Shown: positions 1 through 9,278 of the stretch, piece by piece | Position numbering within the stretch: position 1 is the first letter of the stretch | Layout of the letters: the number at the start of each line of letters is the position of its first letter | From: Xenococcaceae cyanobacterium | GTDB taxonomy: Bacteria; Cyanobacteriota; Cyanobacteriia; Cyanobacteriales; Xenococcaceae | Assembly: GCA_051657945.1 (NCBI GenBank) | Contig: JBOFLQ010000213.1 | Span: 1-40,000 of the forward strand | Direction: 5' to 3' | DNA: 40,000 nt | Position numbers and translations under genes: made by a program | The notes under the pieces: model-generated | The model's input: the letters and a program-made list of their open reading frames with translations, nothing else | Database searches by the model: none | What the model was told of the DNA's origin: nothing

Positions 1-375
1 GCATCAAATGTTGACTCTATTGCAGAATCTAAGTTTGAAATTCATTACGTGCCAAGAGCAATTTATAAAGACGATCTTGTTGTTGGTTTTCTAATGTATT
101 GTCCTGAAATTGAAACAGATGAAAAAGATTTATATTGGCTTTTTCGATTTATGGTTGATGTTGACGATCGAAGAAAAGGTATTGGTAGAACTGCGTTACA
201 ATTAGCGATCGATGAAATAGCAAAAAATTATTGTCGTAAGCTTAACATCGTCTATTCACTCAAAAATGTTATTGCTGCAAAACTTTATGCAAGCTTTGAT
301 TTCAAACAAATCCATCTAGCTGAAGATGGAGATATCATCGCACAAAAAACAATTAATGAGGCAATTTATGTCTGA
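1..375 (+). CDS. GNAT-family N-acetyltransferase (5' end outside window)
   Basis: The frame is open from base 1, so the ORF-track start at 49 is an internal GTG. 'RRKGIGRTAL' fits the GNAT acetyl-CoA-binding loop (Q/R-x-x-G-x-G/A). Confidence 0.7.
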   Translation, partial: ASNVDSIAESKFEIHYVPRAIYKDDLVVGFLMYCPEIETDEKDLYWLFRFMVDVDDRRKGIGRTALQLAIDEIAKNYCRKLNIVYSLKNVIAAKLYASFDFKQIHLAEDGDIIAQKTINEAIYV

Positions 376-838
376 AGAAATTTGGAGCAAACCAGAAATA
401 GTCACATGGACTCAAATAATTTTGGATAGCTATCATAAACTAATTGGGAAAGAATTAATCGAGCGAAAAACTAGCGCGATCGAACGATCGAGAACTCTCT
501 ATTTTGCTCCCTTTGTCGTAGTTTCTCACGGTACTCAAACAAATCCAATCTTTAATTACGGCAATCAAACCGCGCTCAATTTATGGGAAGTGAGTTGGGA
601 TGTTTTTACCAAAACACCTTCGAGACAGCCAGTCGAACCGATGGAAAGAGAAGAAAGAGAGCGAATGTTGATGCAGGTAAATACTCAAGGTTTTATCGAC
701 AACTATCGAGGAATACGCATTTCCAATACGGGAAGACGTTTTTCCATTGAGAATACAGTTGTTTGGAATTTAATCGATGCTAAAGGCGATCGTTGCGGAC
801 AAGCTGCTACTTTTTCTGAGTGGGATTATCTATCTTAA
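368..838 (+). CDS. MEKHLA-domain (PAS-like) protein
   Basis: The ATG at 368 overlaps the upstream stop (ATGTCTGA), which suggests translational coupling. 'NPIFNYGNQTALNLWE...TPSRQPVEPMEREER...GQAATFSEW' matches my recollection of the cyanobacterial MEKHLA family. The longer ORF-track start at 326 lies inside the GNAT gene. Confidence 0.65.
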   Translation: MSEEIWSKPEIVTWTQIILDSYHKLIGKELIERKTSAIERSRTLYFAPFVVVSHGTQTNPIFNYGNQTALNLWEVSWDVFTKTPSRQPVEPMEREERERMLMQVNTQGFIDNYRGIRISNTGRRFSIENTVVWNLIDAKGDRCGQAATFSEWDYLS

Positions 839-903
839 GTTTGAGTAAATTGCCTCAATTTTGCGCCTTGATAGTTATATGTATCAAATTTTTTACTCGC
901 TAA

Positions 904-1737
904 GTGAAACAAGAAAATCGCATTTACACTCCAGGTTGGTCGCTAGAAAAAAGAGATCCCAAATTGATAAAATCATTAATGCCAATTTGGGAGTGGTTTT
1001 ATCGTTACTATTTTCAAGTTCAAACTGATGGTTGGCATCATATCCCTACCGACGGAAAAGTTTTGTTAGTCGGTTCACACAACGGTGGCATTCCTGCCCC
1101 CGATATGGTTATGATGATGTACGATTGGTTCGCTCGCTTTGGTGCTGAAAAACCCGTATATGGTTTGATGCATCCCAGTGCTTGGAAGGTAAACCCGATC
1201 GTAGCCAAAGCCGCTGAAAAAGTAGGTGCAATTGTCGCTCGTCCGCAAATGGCGATCGCTGCTTTGGAAAAAGGTGCTAGCGTCCTCGTCTATCCTGGTG
1301 GTGCTAAAGACATGTTTCGCCCCTATCGAGAACGCGATCGCATTAATTTCGCAGGAAATAAAGGTTTTATCAAATTAGCCTTGCGTATGGAAGTGCCGAT
1401 CGTCCCTCTAATTTCGATTGGCGCTCACGATACCCTAGTAATTTTAGACGATTTTTATCCCTTTATGAAAACGCTGCATCAATGGGGATTACCTTGGTTA
1501 TACGGTGTCGATCCAGAAGTATTTCCCATTTATTTTGGTTTACCTTGGGGTTTGGCATTTGGGCCTTTACCCAATATACCTTTACCAGTAAAAATTCGTA
1601 CTCGCGTCTGCCAGCCAATTCTATTCGATCGCTACGGAAAGGAAGCAGCACGCGATCGCGCTTATGTAGATGCTTGTTACGATCTGGTAGTCAAGCAAAT
1701 GCAACAGGAATTAAACTTACTCGCACAAAAAACCTGA
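904..1737 (+). CDS. LPLAT-superfamily acyltransferase (PlsC/DAGAT-like)
   Basis: 277-aa ORF with a GTG start. It has 'LLVGSHNGGIPAPD' and 'VYPGGAKD' acyltransferase-type blocks. The substrate cannot be inferred from the sequence. Confidence 0.7.
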   Translation: MKQENRIYTPGWSLEKRDPKLIKSLMPIWEWFYRYYFQVQTDGWHHIPTDGKVLLVGSHNGGIPAPDMVMMMYDWFARFGAEKPVYGLMHPSAWKVNPIVAKAAEKVGAIVARPQMAIAALEKGASVLVYPGGAKDMFRPYRERDRINFAGNKGFIKLALRMEVPIVPLISIGAHDTLVILDDFYPFMKTLHQWGLPWLYGVDPEVFPIYFGLPWGLAFGPLPNIPLPVKIRTRVCQPILFDRYGKEAARDRAYVDACYDLVVKQMQQELNLLAQKT

Positions 1738-1984
1738 GATGTTACTCTCAGGCAAAAAGGCTATGGTAAGAAAGACTAACTATATACAAAGCAGACTAAT
1801 TGTTTGGGAAAAATATCTAGCTGGAATTTACTAGCTAGGTAGTTGGGAATGCGATCGTACTTATTTAGGAACAGTGGGCGATCGCTTTCGATTTGATTAA
1901 TTACAATTTATCAGTGCATTGTGACAACAATGTGTCAGGGTTGTGTTAATTCGTTGAACTTATAGTTAGTTGGATAGCCAAAAG

Positions 1985-2827
1985 CTAATCATGAAACGGA
2001 ATACTCAACAAAGGAATTAGAACAAATAACATCCAACTCCAATTCCACCAATTTAAACTAAGATCGACTTCAGTATCTTCTAATAAAGCATCAATTCTTT
2101 CTTCTAGACGATGACGGGGAATGGCATCGCTAAAAGTAGCACAGAGAACTTGCGAAGATTGTAAGGGTGCTTTGGCGACTGTCAGTAAAGATTCTGCTAG
2201 CAATAAAAAGTCTACCTGTTGTGCGGCTAGGCGATCGGCACGAATTTCTCTTAGCAATAACAACTCTTGCCATAAATTATTGCTATTAGGTAACCAACTA
2301 GTCAAAGATCGCAACCAACCCAACCAAAAAAACCAAAACGTATCTCGATAAAAATAATGTGCTTGTTCGTGCGCCAAAATTGCTTCTAAATGTTCTCGAT
2401 CGACGCTATTTAATAATCCTCTACTGACAACTAATTGCGATCGCCAGAAACCGATTTGAGCGCTATAGGGAAAGTCGATTTCCATTACTCTAGCTTGTTT
2501 GTCCAAAACTAACTCTTGAGAATAAGAATTTACCTGTCTAACCGCAGCGTATCCTCGATCGGCTAGTTTGAGTAAAAGTATAAAAGCGATCGCTAAAAAA
2601 CTAATTGCTACGGTATAACTCGCCCAACTCGCTCGAACGCCCATCATTTGCCCCCCAAAACCCATATTAATCACGGCGATCGCACTGCTCGACAGCAGCA
2701 GGGGAGGAAACATCAAAGAAAAAAGCGCTCTTTGCCAGCGTTCTTTCCAAGTGCCTGTAGATGGGACAATTGTCAATCTCACACACCAAGCTAACATTAC
2801 AGAAGACAAAATTATGATTAGATGCAT
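1985..2827 (-). CDS. M56-family BlaR1-like membrane metalloprotease (PetP-like), no sensor domain
   Basis: HExxH zinc motif 'AHEQAHYFYRD' with several hydrophobic segments. The start overlaps the stop of the upstream BlaI-type gene by 1 nt (TAATG). Confidence 0.8.
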   Translation of the reverse strand: MHLIIILSSVMLAWCVRLTIVPSTGTWKERWQRALFSLMFPPLLLSSSAIAVINMGFGGQMMGVRASWASYTVAISFLAIAFILLLKLADRGYAAVRQVNSYSQELVLDKQARVMEIDFPYSAQIGFWRSQLVVSRGLLNSVDREHLEAILAHEQAHYFYRDTFWFFWLGWLRSLTSWLPNSNNLWQELLLLREIRADRLAAQQVDFLLLAESLLTVAKAPLQSSQVLCATFSDAIPRHRLEERIDALLEDTEVDLSLNWWNWSWMLFVLIPLLSIPFHD

Positions 2828-3249
2828 TATTTTTTCTCCTTGCGCTGACGACGAATAGCATCGATACGATTCGCGATCGCTTCGATTTGTTCTAAACTAG
2901 CTGTATCTAGACTATCGGCAAAAGAAGCGACCACATCGGGGTTACTAACCGACAAAAATCGGTTTAATCGTTCGTAAGATTCAATCGCGCGCGCCTCTTC
3001 TAGAGAAATTAACGGTTGCCAACAAAAAGCTCGTCCTTGCTTGCTGCAACTAAGCCAACCCTTTTTAGTCAAACGATTTAGTACAGTCGTCACCGAAGCG
3101 TAAGCTAATTCTCGGTCTGGATCTGCCAAAATACGATCGTGGATATCTTTGACAGTAGCAAAACCGAGTTTCCAAACGATACTTAAAATTTCTGTTTCCA
3201 ATGGGCCAAGAGAAAGTTGTTTCGGACGGTATTCAGGCAAAGGAGCCAT
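2827..3249 (-). CDS. BlaI/MecI/CopY-family winged-helix repressor (PetR-like)
   Basis: 'LGPLETEILSIVWKLGFATVKDIHDRI...ELAYASVTTVLNRLTKKGWL' is the typical BlaI/CopY N-terminal DNA-binding domain. The gene is coupled to the M56 protease gene downstream. Confidence 0.85.
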   Translation of the reverse strand: MAPLPEYRPKQLSLGPLETEILSIVWKLGFATVKDIHDRILADPDRELAYASVTTVLNRLTKKGWLSCSKQGRAFCWQPLISLEEARAIESYERLNRFLSVSNPDVVASFADSLDTASLEQIEAIANRIDAIRRQRKEKK

Positions 3250-3349
3250 AACTTAATTAACGATCGATATAACTGCACAGTAATAATTAAAAACTTATCA
3301 TCTACATCTGAACTGATAGAATTTTTCAGTAAACATTTATTAATTAATT

Positions 3350-3637
3350 ATGTCTACCGAACAAACTACTGGTGCTGATGCCATAGATGTGGCGATCGCC
3401 AAAGGAATAGATTTTGACGGTTCGCCCATTCCTACTGAAAAATTAGAACTATATAACAAAGTTATGGCGCTAGAAGCAAACCGACAGCGCAGCGGCGTAT
3501 CCAACACCATGCGATCGCGTATCATTCGTATCGGTGCCAAACATATTCCTCAAGACGAATTAAATCAAATGCTTGCTCATGCCGATTTTGCTCCTCTTAA
3601 AGACAAAGAAATTGCTTTCTTTTACGGTGGTAAATAA
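3350..3637 (+). CDS. Hypothetical soluble protein (95 aa)
   Basis: Clean ATG ORF, divergent from the BlaI-type gene and followed by a strong intrinsic terminator. I do not recognise the family. Confidence 0.6.
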   Translation: MSTEQTTGADAIDVAIAKGIDFDGSPIPTEKLELYNKVMALEANRQRSGVSNTMRSRIIRIGAKHIPQDELNQMLAHADFAPLKDKEIAFFYGGK

Positions 3638-3662
3638 AAAAGTAAGAAATATTTTATCGTAG

Positions 3663-3685
3663 GATGGGCTTGCCCATCTTTTTTT
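3663..3685 (+). terminator. Rho-independent terminator
   Basis: Hairpin 'gatgggc-tt-gcccatc' followed by T7, 26 nt after the stop at 3637. Confidence 0.7.
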
Positions 3686-3719
3686 ATAAGCTGTAGTTTT
3701 TGCCTCTTTTTTAATCCTA

Positions 3720-4748
3720 ATGTCTTCCAAACATAAATATTTACCAGAAGAAATAATTAAACCGGCAACTTTACGCAGTATTTTAGTATCTATCTTTGGT
3801 ACTTCATTAATTTTGATACTTGCTAATTTTGCTGCTAAATATTATTTAAAAATCTTTCCTCAAAATGAAGGTTATTGGCTGATCGATCGAAAATGGGAGA
3901 TGCTAAATAACTTACAGAAACCTGTAGATTGGTTAATTCTTGGCGATTCTAGTTGCAATCAAGGAGTAGTTACTAATGTTTGGCAAGAAAAATTACAAGC
4001 AAGTGCCATCAATCTTTGTACATTTGGAGATACTTTAGCTTTAAATGATGCTTTAATGTTAGCCAAATATATTGAAAAACATGGAGCGCCAAAAAATATT
4101 TTAATTATCCACGTTTATGATATTTGGAATCGCAAAATAAATTGGAATGTCACGGCACAAATTCCCATAAGTATGCAGGAGCTTCAGGAACTGCAACCAC
4201 AATTAAGTCCTAATTTTGAAGAAAGCAAGACAGTTTTTATCGATCGCTATTTGCCACTTTATTCACAAAATGAAAGCTTAAAAAACATCCTCAAAAACCC
4301 TAACAAACTCGGCAAAGCCAATATCGGAAACTTACAAGAGGGAGGATTTATGAGTGAAAACAAAACTAATCCTGGAGAAGTAGAAGCAGATTATAAAAGA
4401 CACATTAATTATGTTAAAAAAGAAAATTTTTATTTATCTTTTGCCAATCAAGAATCTTTAAAATCGATCTTTGCTTTGGCAGAACAACATAATTTCAATG
4501 TTTATCTAACCAACAGTCCAATTTATGAAGGATTGAATAAAAACAAAGACTTTTTAGCTTATTACCAACAAGTAAAAAATACATTTCAAGAATTTGATAA
4601 GCGTAGCGATAAAGTACACTATATTCAAGAATTAATTACTTTTCCCAAAGAACAGATGCAAAATGCCGATCATTTAGTCGAATCATCAGCTAAAGTTTAT
4701 ACTAAAAAATTGGCAGAAAAAATTAAGAGAATAGAGAGTAGGGAATAG
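3720..4748 (+). CDS. Hypothetical membrane-anchored protein with a GDS(L)-like motif
   Basis: 342-aa ORF with an N-terminal TM segment ('LRSILVSIFGTSLILILANFAA'). 'WLILGDSSCNQG' resembles block I of SGNH/GDSL hydrolases. Function is uncertain. Confidence 0.6.
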   Translation: MSSKHKYLPEEIIKPATLRSILVSIFGTSLILILANFAAKYYLKIFPQNEGYWLIDRKWEMLNNLQKPVDWLILGDSSCNQGVVTNVWQEKLQASAINLCTFGDTLALNDALMLAKYIEKHGAPKNILIIHVYDIWNRKINWNVTAQIPISMQELQELQPQLSPNFEESKTVFIDRYLPLYSQNESLKNILKNPNKLGKANIGNLQEGGFMSENKTNPGEVEADYKRHINYVKKENFYLSFANQESLKSIFALAEQHNFNVYLTNSPIYEGLNKNKDFLAYYQQVKNTFQEFDKRSDKVHYIQELITFPKEQMQNADHLVESSAKVYTKKLAEKIKRIESRE

Positions 4749-4905
4749 GGAACAGGGAACACTTCGGCAAGTGGAACAGTGAGCAGTTCGACAGGCTCAC
4801 TGTTTCACCTGTCGAACTGCTCAGTGCATCGCAGGGAATAGGGAACAGGGAACAAGTAGCAAGTAGCAAGTAGCAATGAAATGAACAATGAACCATGAAC
4901 CATGA
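4741..4905. repeat. STRR-type composite repeat enclosing a 19-bp-stem hairpin
   Basis: The 21-mer 'gggaatagggaacagggaaca' occurs at 4741 and again at 4834. Between the copies is an inverted repeat, 4777-4795 / 4808-4826, with 18 of 19 positions paired. It is followed by (aagtagc)x3 and (atgaacM)x4-5 heptamers. It lies between convergent genes and could act as a bidirectional terminator. Confidence 0.85.
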
Positions 4906-4909
4906 ACAA

Positions 4910-5818
4910 TTACGTTAATAAAGGCAAAAACAAAGTCACAAAATAATAAACTAAAGGAGCGGTAAAAACATAACTGTCGGTACGGTCTAAAATTCCGCCG
5001 TGTCCTGGAATTAATTGTCCCGAATCTTTAACTCCTGCATCTCTTTTCATCATTGATTCGGTTAAATCGCCTAAAAGACTGGTAACTCCGATTAAAATTC
5101 CTAACAGTAAACCACTCAAATACCAACTAGGAAAATCAAAATACCAAGCCCCTAATTCGGCAATTAAAATACTACCAACCACTCCAAAAATCGCACCTTC
5201 GACAGTTTTTTTCGGACTGATTTCTGATAGACGAGTACGACCGAAAATTTTGCCCATAGTATAAGCCGCAATATCTGCCGCACAAATACAAGCGATCGCC
5301 AAAAAAGTAATATTTAATGCTTGAGGAAAATGTTTGAGATCTAGCAAAGATTCTGGCCAATATCCATTTAAAGGTAAATTACTAATGCTAATAGTGTTGG
5401 GTAAATTAACTCGCAAACGCACCCAATAAGTAGGCAAATAACCGATATAAAATAAACCTAAAACTGAGGTAGAAATATCGGCGATCGTCGCCATTTTTGG
5501 CTGAAACAACAAATAAAAACAAATAACCGTCCCTGCCAGCGCAAACATAGCATCGGTAAGGTTAGACGCGATCGTTGCCACTAGCAACAATAATTGAGAA
5601 AGTACCAAAGTAGTCTTTGCAGCAGGTTCGATTCCTTTAGCACGAACCAAGAAAAAATACTCTAGTTGCCCTAAAAAAATGAGAATTCCTACGCCGAGGG
5701 TAAAATACCATCCACCCAAAATAATCATTCCCAAAGCAATAAAAATCGCTACTATAGCACTGACTATACGAGACAAAGGCATATTAAAAGTTTTTTTAGA
5801 AGCAAAGGCATTAGACAC
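4910..5818 (-). CDS. cdsA: Phosphatidate cytidylyltransferase (CDP-diglyceride synthase)
   Basis: CdsA signature 'SMMKRDAGVKDSGQLIPGHGGILDRTDSY' in a polytopic membrane protein. Confidence 0.9.
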   Translation of the reverse strand: MSNAFASKKTFNMPLSRIVSAIVAIFIALGMIILGGWYFTLGVGILIFLGQLEYFFLVRAKGIEPAAKTTLVLSQLLLLVATIASNLTDAMFALAGTVICFYLLFQPKMATIADISTSVLGLFYIGYLPTYWVRLRVNLPNTISISNLPLNGYWPESLLDLKHFPQALNITFLAIACICAADIAAYTMGKIFGRTRLSEISPKKTVEGAIFGVVGSILIAELGAWYFDFPSWYLSGLLLGILIGVTSLLGDLTESMMKRDAGVKDSGQLIPGHGGILDRTDSYVFTAPLVYYFVTLFLPLLT

Positions 5819-5936
5819 GAGCGGATATGGGTTAAGAAAGTCTTATCAAAGATTAACAAATTCTTGTATCATGTTTGGCAATCCAGTCAGAAAAACGATA
5901 TTTTTTAACCTTAATGTACAAAATGATTTTTCTATG

Positions 5937-6533
5937 TTAATCAGATAATTTTTCTCCACAAAGAATAAAAATAGGATCGACTGCGGCAAAAGTTTGATGA
6001 ATACCTCTTGTTTCCAAACGATTAACAGCAGATTGAACTACTTCAATATTACGAGCTTGAAGTTCGGCTAAAATTTTAGAAATGGTATAAAGATTTTCTA
6101 AATTACTTGCAGTAGCTACCAATCTTCCTTGAGGTTGTAAATATTTCCAGGTTTCTTGAAGAATTTTTTCGATCGGTCTTCCGCCTTCAATACAAACTCG
6201 GTTTGGTTTTAGTGGCATTTCTTTGAGGCATTCTGGGGCGCTAGCTTCGACAACTTGAACGTTATCAACTTCAAAAAGAGAACAATTGCGGCGAATTAAG
6301 CTAGCTACTTCTTCATCTCTTTCTACCGCCAGAATTTTGCCCTGCGGACAAAGTAATCCTATTTCTACAGGAATTGTTCCCGTTCCCGCACCAATATCCC
6401 ACAAAACCGAATCCGATCGCATTCTGAGGGCAGAAATTAATAATAAACGTACTTCTCTTTTGCTTAAATAAATTCCAGGTAACTGTTCGAATAAATTATC
6501 TGGAATTCCAGGTGTTTTAAATGGCCAAAGCAT
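5937..6533 (-). CDS. cbiT: Precorrin-6Y C5,15-methyltransferase (decarboxylating), CbiT subunit
   Basis: SAM-binding 'VLWDIGAGTGTIPVEIG' and overall CbiT-like sequence. I chose the ATG at 6533 ('MLWPFKTPGIPD'), because the ORF-track extension to 6641 is translated from STRR repeats. Confidence 0.8.
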   Translation of the reverse strand: MLWPFKTPGIPDNLFEQLPGIYLSKREVRLLLISALRMRSDSVLWDIGAGTGTIPVEIGLLCPQGKILAVERDEEVASLIRRNCSLFEVDNVQVVEASAPECLKEMPLKPNRVCIEGGRPIEKILQETWKYLQPQGRLVATASNLENLYTISKILAELQARNIEVVQSAVNRLETRGIHQTFAAVDPIFILCGEKLSD

Positions 6534-6551
6534 GATTTTGTTGTTAGTAAT

Positions 6552-6667
6552 AGGGCATCGGGCATCGGGCATCGGGCAGAAGATAAGTAGCAAGTAGCAA
6601 GTTACTTTTAAATGCGTGACTTTTTCCCTGCGCCCCTGCACCTCTGCACCTCTGCACCTCTGCTCCC
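6552..6667. repeat. STRR-type tandem repeats
   Basis: (gggcatc)x3, (aagtagc)x2 and (cacctctg)x3 fill the spacer between cbiT and the decarboxylase gene. Confidence 0.85.
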
Positions 6668-8161
6668 CTACTGCCTACTCCCCGATATAACCTTTAATGT
6701 TTTTAAACTAGGATCGCTACAACCTGTAATCCTACCCCCTAAAGCAAGAACTTGTTTCAAATAGTCGATCGCGTCTTGGGAAATTACCTCTCCTGGCATC
6801 AATACAGGAATTCCTGGTGGATAGGGACAAATTAGTTCGGCACTAATGCGATCGCTCGCTCGAATGATGGCGATCGTTTCGGTTGGGGCAAAGTATGCTT
6901 CGCGAGGGGTGATTGAAGCGATCGAGGTAGGGGCAGTGCCACGGCGAGCGCTAATCTGAGGCATCCTCGAAAGATTCCGCACTTTTTGTGTCTGCCTCAT
7001 TGCTAGAGAAGAAAAAGCTCGAACTAATCGATCGATATCTTCTAAAGTGTTGCCCAAACTAATGATAAAAGTTAAATGTTTGAGTAAGGGTAATTCTGCG
7101 GTAACTCCAAGTTGTTCGTGTAAAATTGCATCTGCTTCGTAACCGCTTAAACCGAGTTGAGAAACATCAACTGTTAATCTGGTGCGATCGAGATTCTTAA
7201 AACCTGGTGTTGTTTGTTGGGGCAATTCCAAAACAGATAAACCTTGAATTTTAGAGAGTCTAATTCTTGCTTCTTCTGCTAAGTGTAAAGTCTTTGCCAT
7301 CAATTCTTCACCTTGCAGTGCCATTTGTTGTCTGGCAGCATCTAAAGAAGCTAAAAGTATGTAACTAGGGCTGGTAGACTGTACTAATTGCAAAGCTTTG
7401 CTAATGTTTTCACCATTGATGCAATCGCCCTTGATGTGCAACATTGATGCTTGCGTCATCGCACTCAAAACTTTATGAGTCGATTGCACGACCAGATCGG
7501 CACCAGCAGCAAGGGCATCCATGGGAAGATTTTTATGAAAGTGAAAATGAGCGCCATGTGCTTCATCGACTAACAGGGGAATATTGTATTGATGAGTGAG
7601 TTCGGCGATCGCCTCAATATCGCCACACACGCCCTGATAGGTAGGATATAACAAGATCGCTGCTTTGGCATCGGGATGCTGCTTGAGGGCGGTCTTAACT
7701 GCCTCTGGAGTGACGCTGTAAGCTAAGTCAGCCTCTCGATCGTATTCGGGATTGATAAATATTGGCATCGCACCAGAAAGAATTAAACCCGCGATCGCAG
7801 AAGTATGAATGTTGCGCGGTAAAATAATTTTTTCGTTACTTTTACAAGTTGCCAAAATTGCTGCAATAATACCGCAGGTAGAACCGTTGACTAAAAACCA
7901 AGTACGATCTGCACCGAATGCTTTTGCTGCTAATTGCTGCGCCGACTCGATCGCCGCTTCTGGTGCGAATAAATTATCTAATTCGGGTAATTCTGGTAGA
8001 TCGGCTTTAAACACCAATTCACCCAATAAATTAACTAGATTTGGCGAAATTCCCCGTCCTCGTTTATGTCCTGGTGCATAGAAAGCTGTATCAGAGCGAT
8101 CGACCAATTCTTTTAAAGTGTCTATCAAAGGTGTGTTTGCTTGTGAATCGTTATCGCTCAT
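6668..8161 (-). CDS. PLP-dependent Orn/Lys/Arg decarboxylase family protein
   Basis: 'FYAPGHKRG', 'FLVNGSTCG' and the PLP-lysine block 'VQSTHKVLSAMTQASMLH' are typical of the major domain of this family. Substrate is not determinable by eye. Confidence 0.85.
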   Translation of the reverse strand: MSDNDSQANTPLIDTLKELVDRSDTAFYAPGHKRGRGISPNLVNLLGELVFKADLPELPELDNLFAPEAAIESAQQLAAKAFGADRTWFLVNGSTCGIIAAILATCKSNEKIILPRNIHTSAIAGLILSGAMPIFINPEYDREADLAYSVTPEAVKTALKQHPDAKAAILLYPTYQGVCGDIEAIAELTHQYNIPLLVDEAHGAHFHFHKNLPMDALAAGADLVVQSTHKVLSAMTQASMLHIKGDCINGENISKALQLVQSTSPSYILLASLDAARQQMALQGEELMAKTLHLAEEARIRLSKIQGLSVLELPQQTTPGFKNLDRTRLTVDVSQLGLSGYEADAILHEQLGVTAELPLLKHLTFIISLGNTLEDIDRLVRAFSSLAMRQTQKVRNLSRMPQISARRGTAPTSIASITPREAYFAPTETIAIIRASDRISAELICPYPPGIPVLMPGEVISQDAIDYLKQVLALGGRITGCSDPSLKTLKVISGSRQ

Positions 8162-8566
8162 CTGTAAATCTAAATCGTAGTCGTAGAGACTGCGAGTTTT
8201 TACGTAAGTAGTAAATTAAATTATTAGTTAAAAGCGATCGCGTCGAGTCATTTTATTTACGAAAAATCTTGTCAGCCTCACCAAATTTTTAAAGCGAATC
8301 TCAGTAATCATCGAAAAAATTTTATTTTAAAACAAATACAGGAAGATTTAGAAGTTAAGTTTATTTAAACTTCAAATACTTCTATTTTTCCATGAATTTT
8401 AAGTTAAGTCATTCGGTTTTGCTTTCGATTTTACGTATAATTTCGTATATTTCTTATTAAAGATAAATACACGCAACTAACTTAAATATATTTGGTGAAA
8501 TTTAACAGTGATAATTAATGACATCGGCTTAAAAAAAAAATTCTCGTCATCGATGACGACCCTGGT

Positions 8567-9244
8567 TTGCAAAATTTGATCTGTCGTTTTTTTGGATATA
8601 ACGACTATAAAACAATGTCAGCGGCAGATGGCAAAAGCGCTCGAAAAGTTTTTAGAGAATTTCAACCAGATTTGGTAATTATTGATGTTAATTTACCTGA
8701 CGATAGTGGTTTTAATCTTTGTCAGGAAATCAGACAAACTGGTATATTCGTTCTGATGCTAAGTTCGATGACAGATGTTAATTACATCCTTGAAGGCTTC
8801 GAGCGCGGTGCAGATGACTATATTACCAAACCATTTAACTTACAAATCTTAAAAGCCAAAATTGACGCTTTATTTAGGAGACACATTTCAACTGCTCCTC
8901 CCGCAGCGCCGCCAAGCAAACCATTAGTAGTCGAACGCCTGATTATTGACTTTGCCAAACGTGAAGTCACTTTAGACGATCGACTCGTTGCTTTGACTGC
9001 ACTAGAGTTTGACATACTCTACTTTTTGGCAAGCAATCCCAATCGAGTTTGGGATAGATCGGCTTTAATTCTAGCTATTTGGCATCGCGAAGATTATCGA
9101 GGAGACGATCGCAAAGTAGACATTCATGTCGGTCGCATTCGCAAAAAAATTGACGATATTGACGGCAAATCGATCAAAACCATTTGGGGTAGAGGATACA
9201 TGTTTGAGGTGTCTAATCTCGATCGAGTACAATTGGCAAACTGA
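8567..9244 (+). CDS. OmpR/PhoB-type response regulator (N-terminus interrupted at an A10 tract)
   Basis: Receiver domain ('PDLVIIDVNLPDDSGF', 'ADDYITKPF') plus a winged-helix output domain ('IWGRGYMF'). The in-frame upstream codons 8531-8566 encode 'KKKILVIDDDPG' (the acidic pocket) but contain no canonical start codon. See the finding for 8508-8570. Confidence 0.85.
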   Translation: MQNLICRFFGYNDYKTMSAADGKSARKVFREFQPDLVIIDVNLPDDSGFNLCQEIRQTGIFVLMLSSMTDVNYILEGFERGADDYITKPFNLQILKAKIDALFRRHISTAPPAAPPSKPLVVERLIIDFAKREVTLDDRLVALTALEFDILYFLASNPNRVWDRSALILAIWHREDYRGDDRKVDIHVGRIRKKIDDIDGKSIKTIWGRGYMFEVSNLDRVQLAN

Positions 9245-9278
9245 GTTTTTTATAATAAAACGATAAGCCAAGATTGTT

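Noticed and set aside
3250-3349. A specific BlaI/PetR operator call in the divergent promoter
   Set aside because: Only short AT palindromes (ttaattaa, attaattaat) are present, and I cannot match them confidently to a known operator consensus from memory.
6534-6641. N-terminal extension of cbiT, using the ORF-track start at 6641
   Set aside because: The extra 36 codons are translated from STRR tandem repeats ('...CYLLLIFCPMPDARCP'). The internal ATG at 6533 gives a normal CbiT N-terminus.
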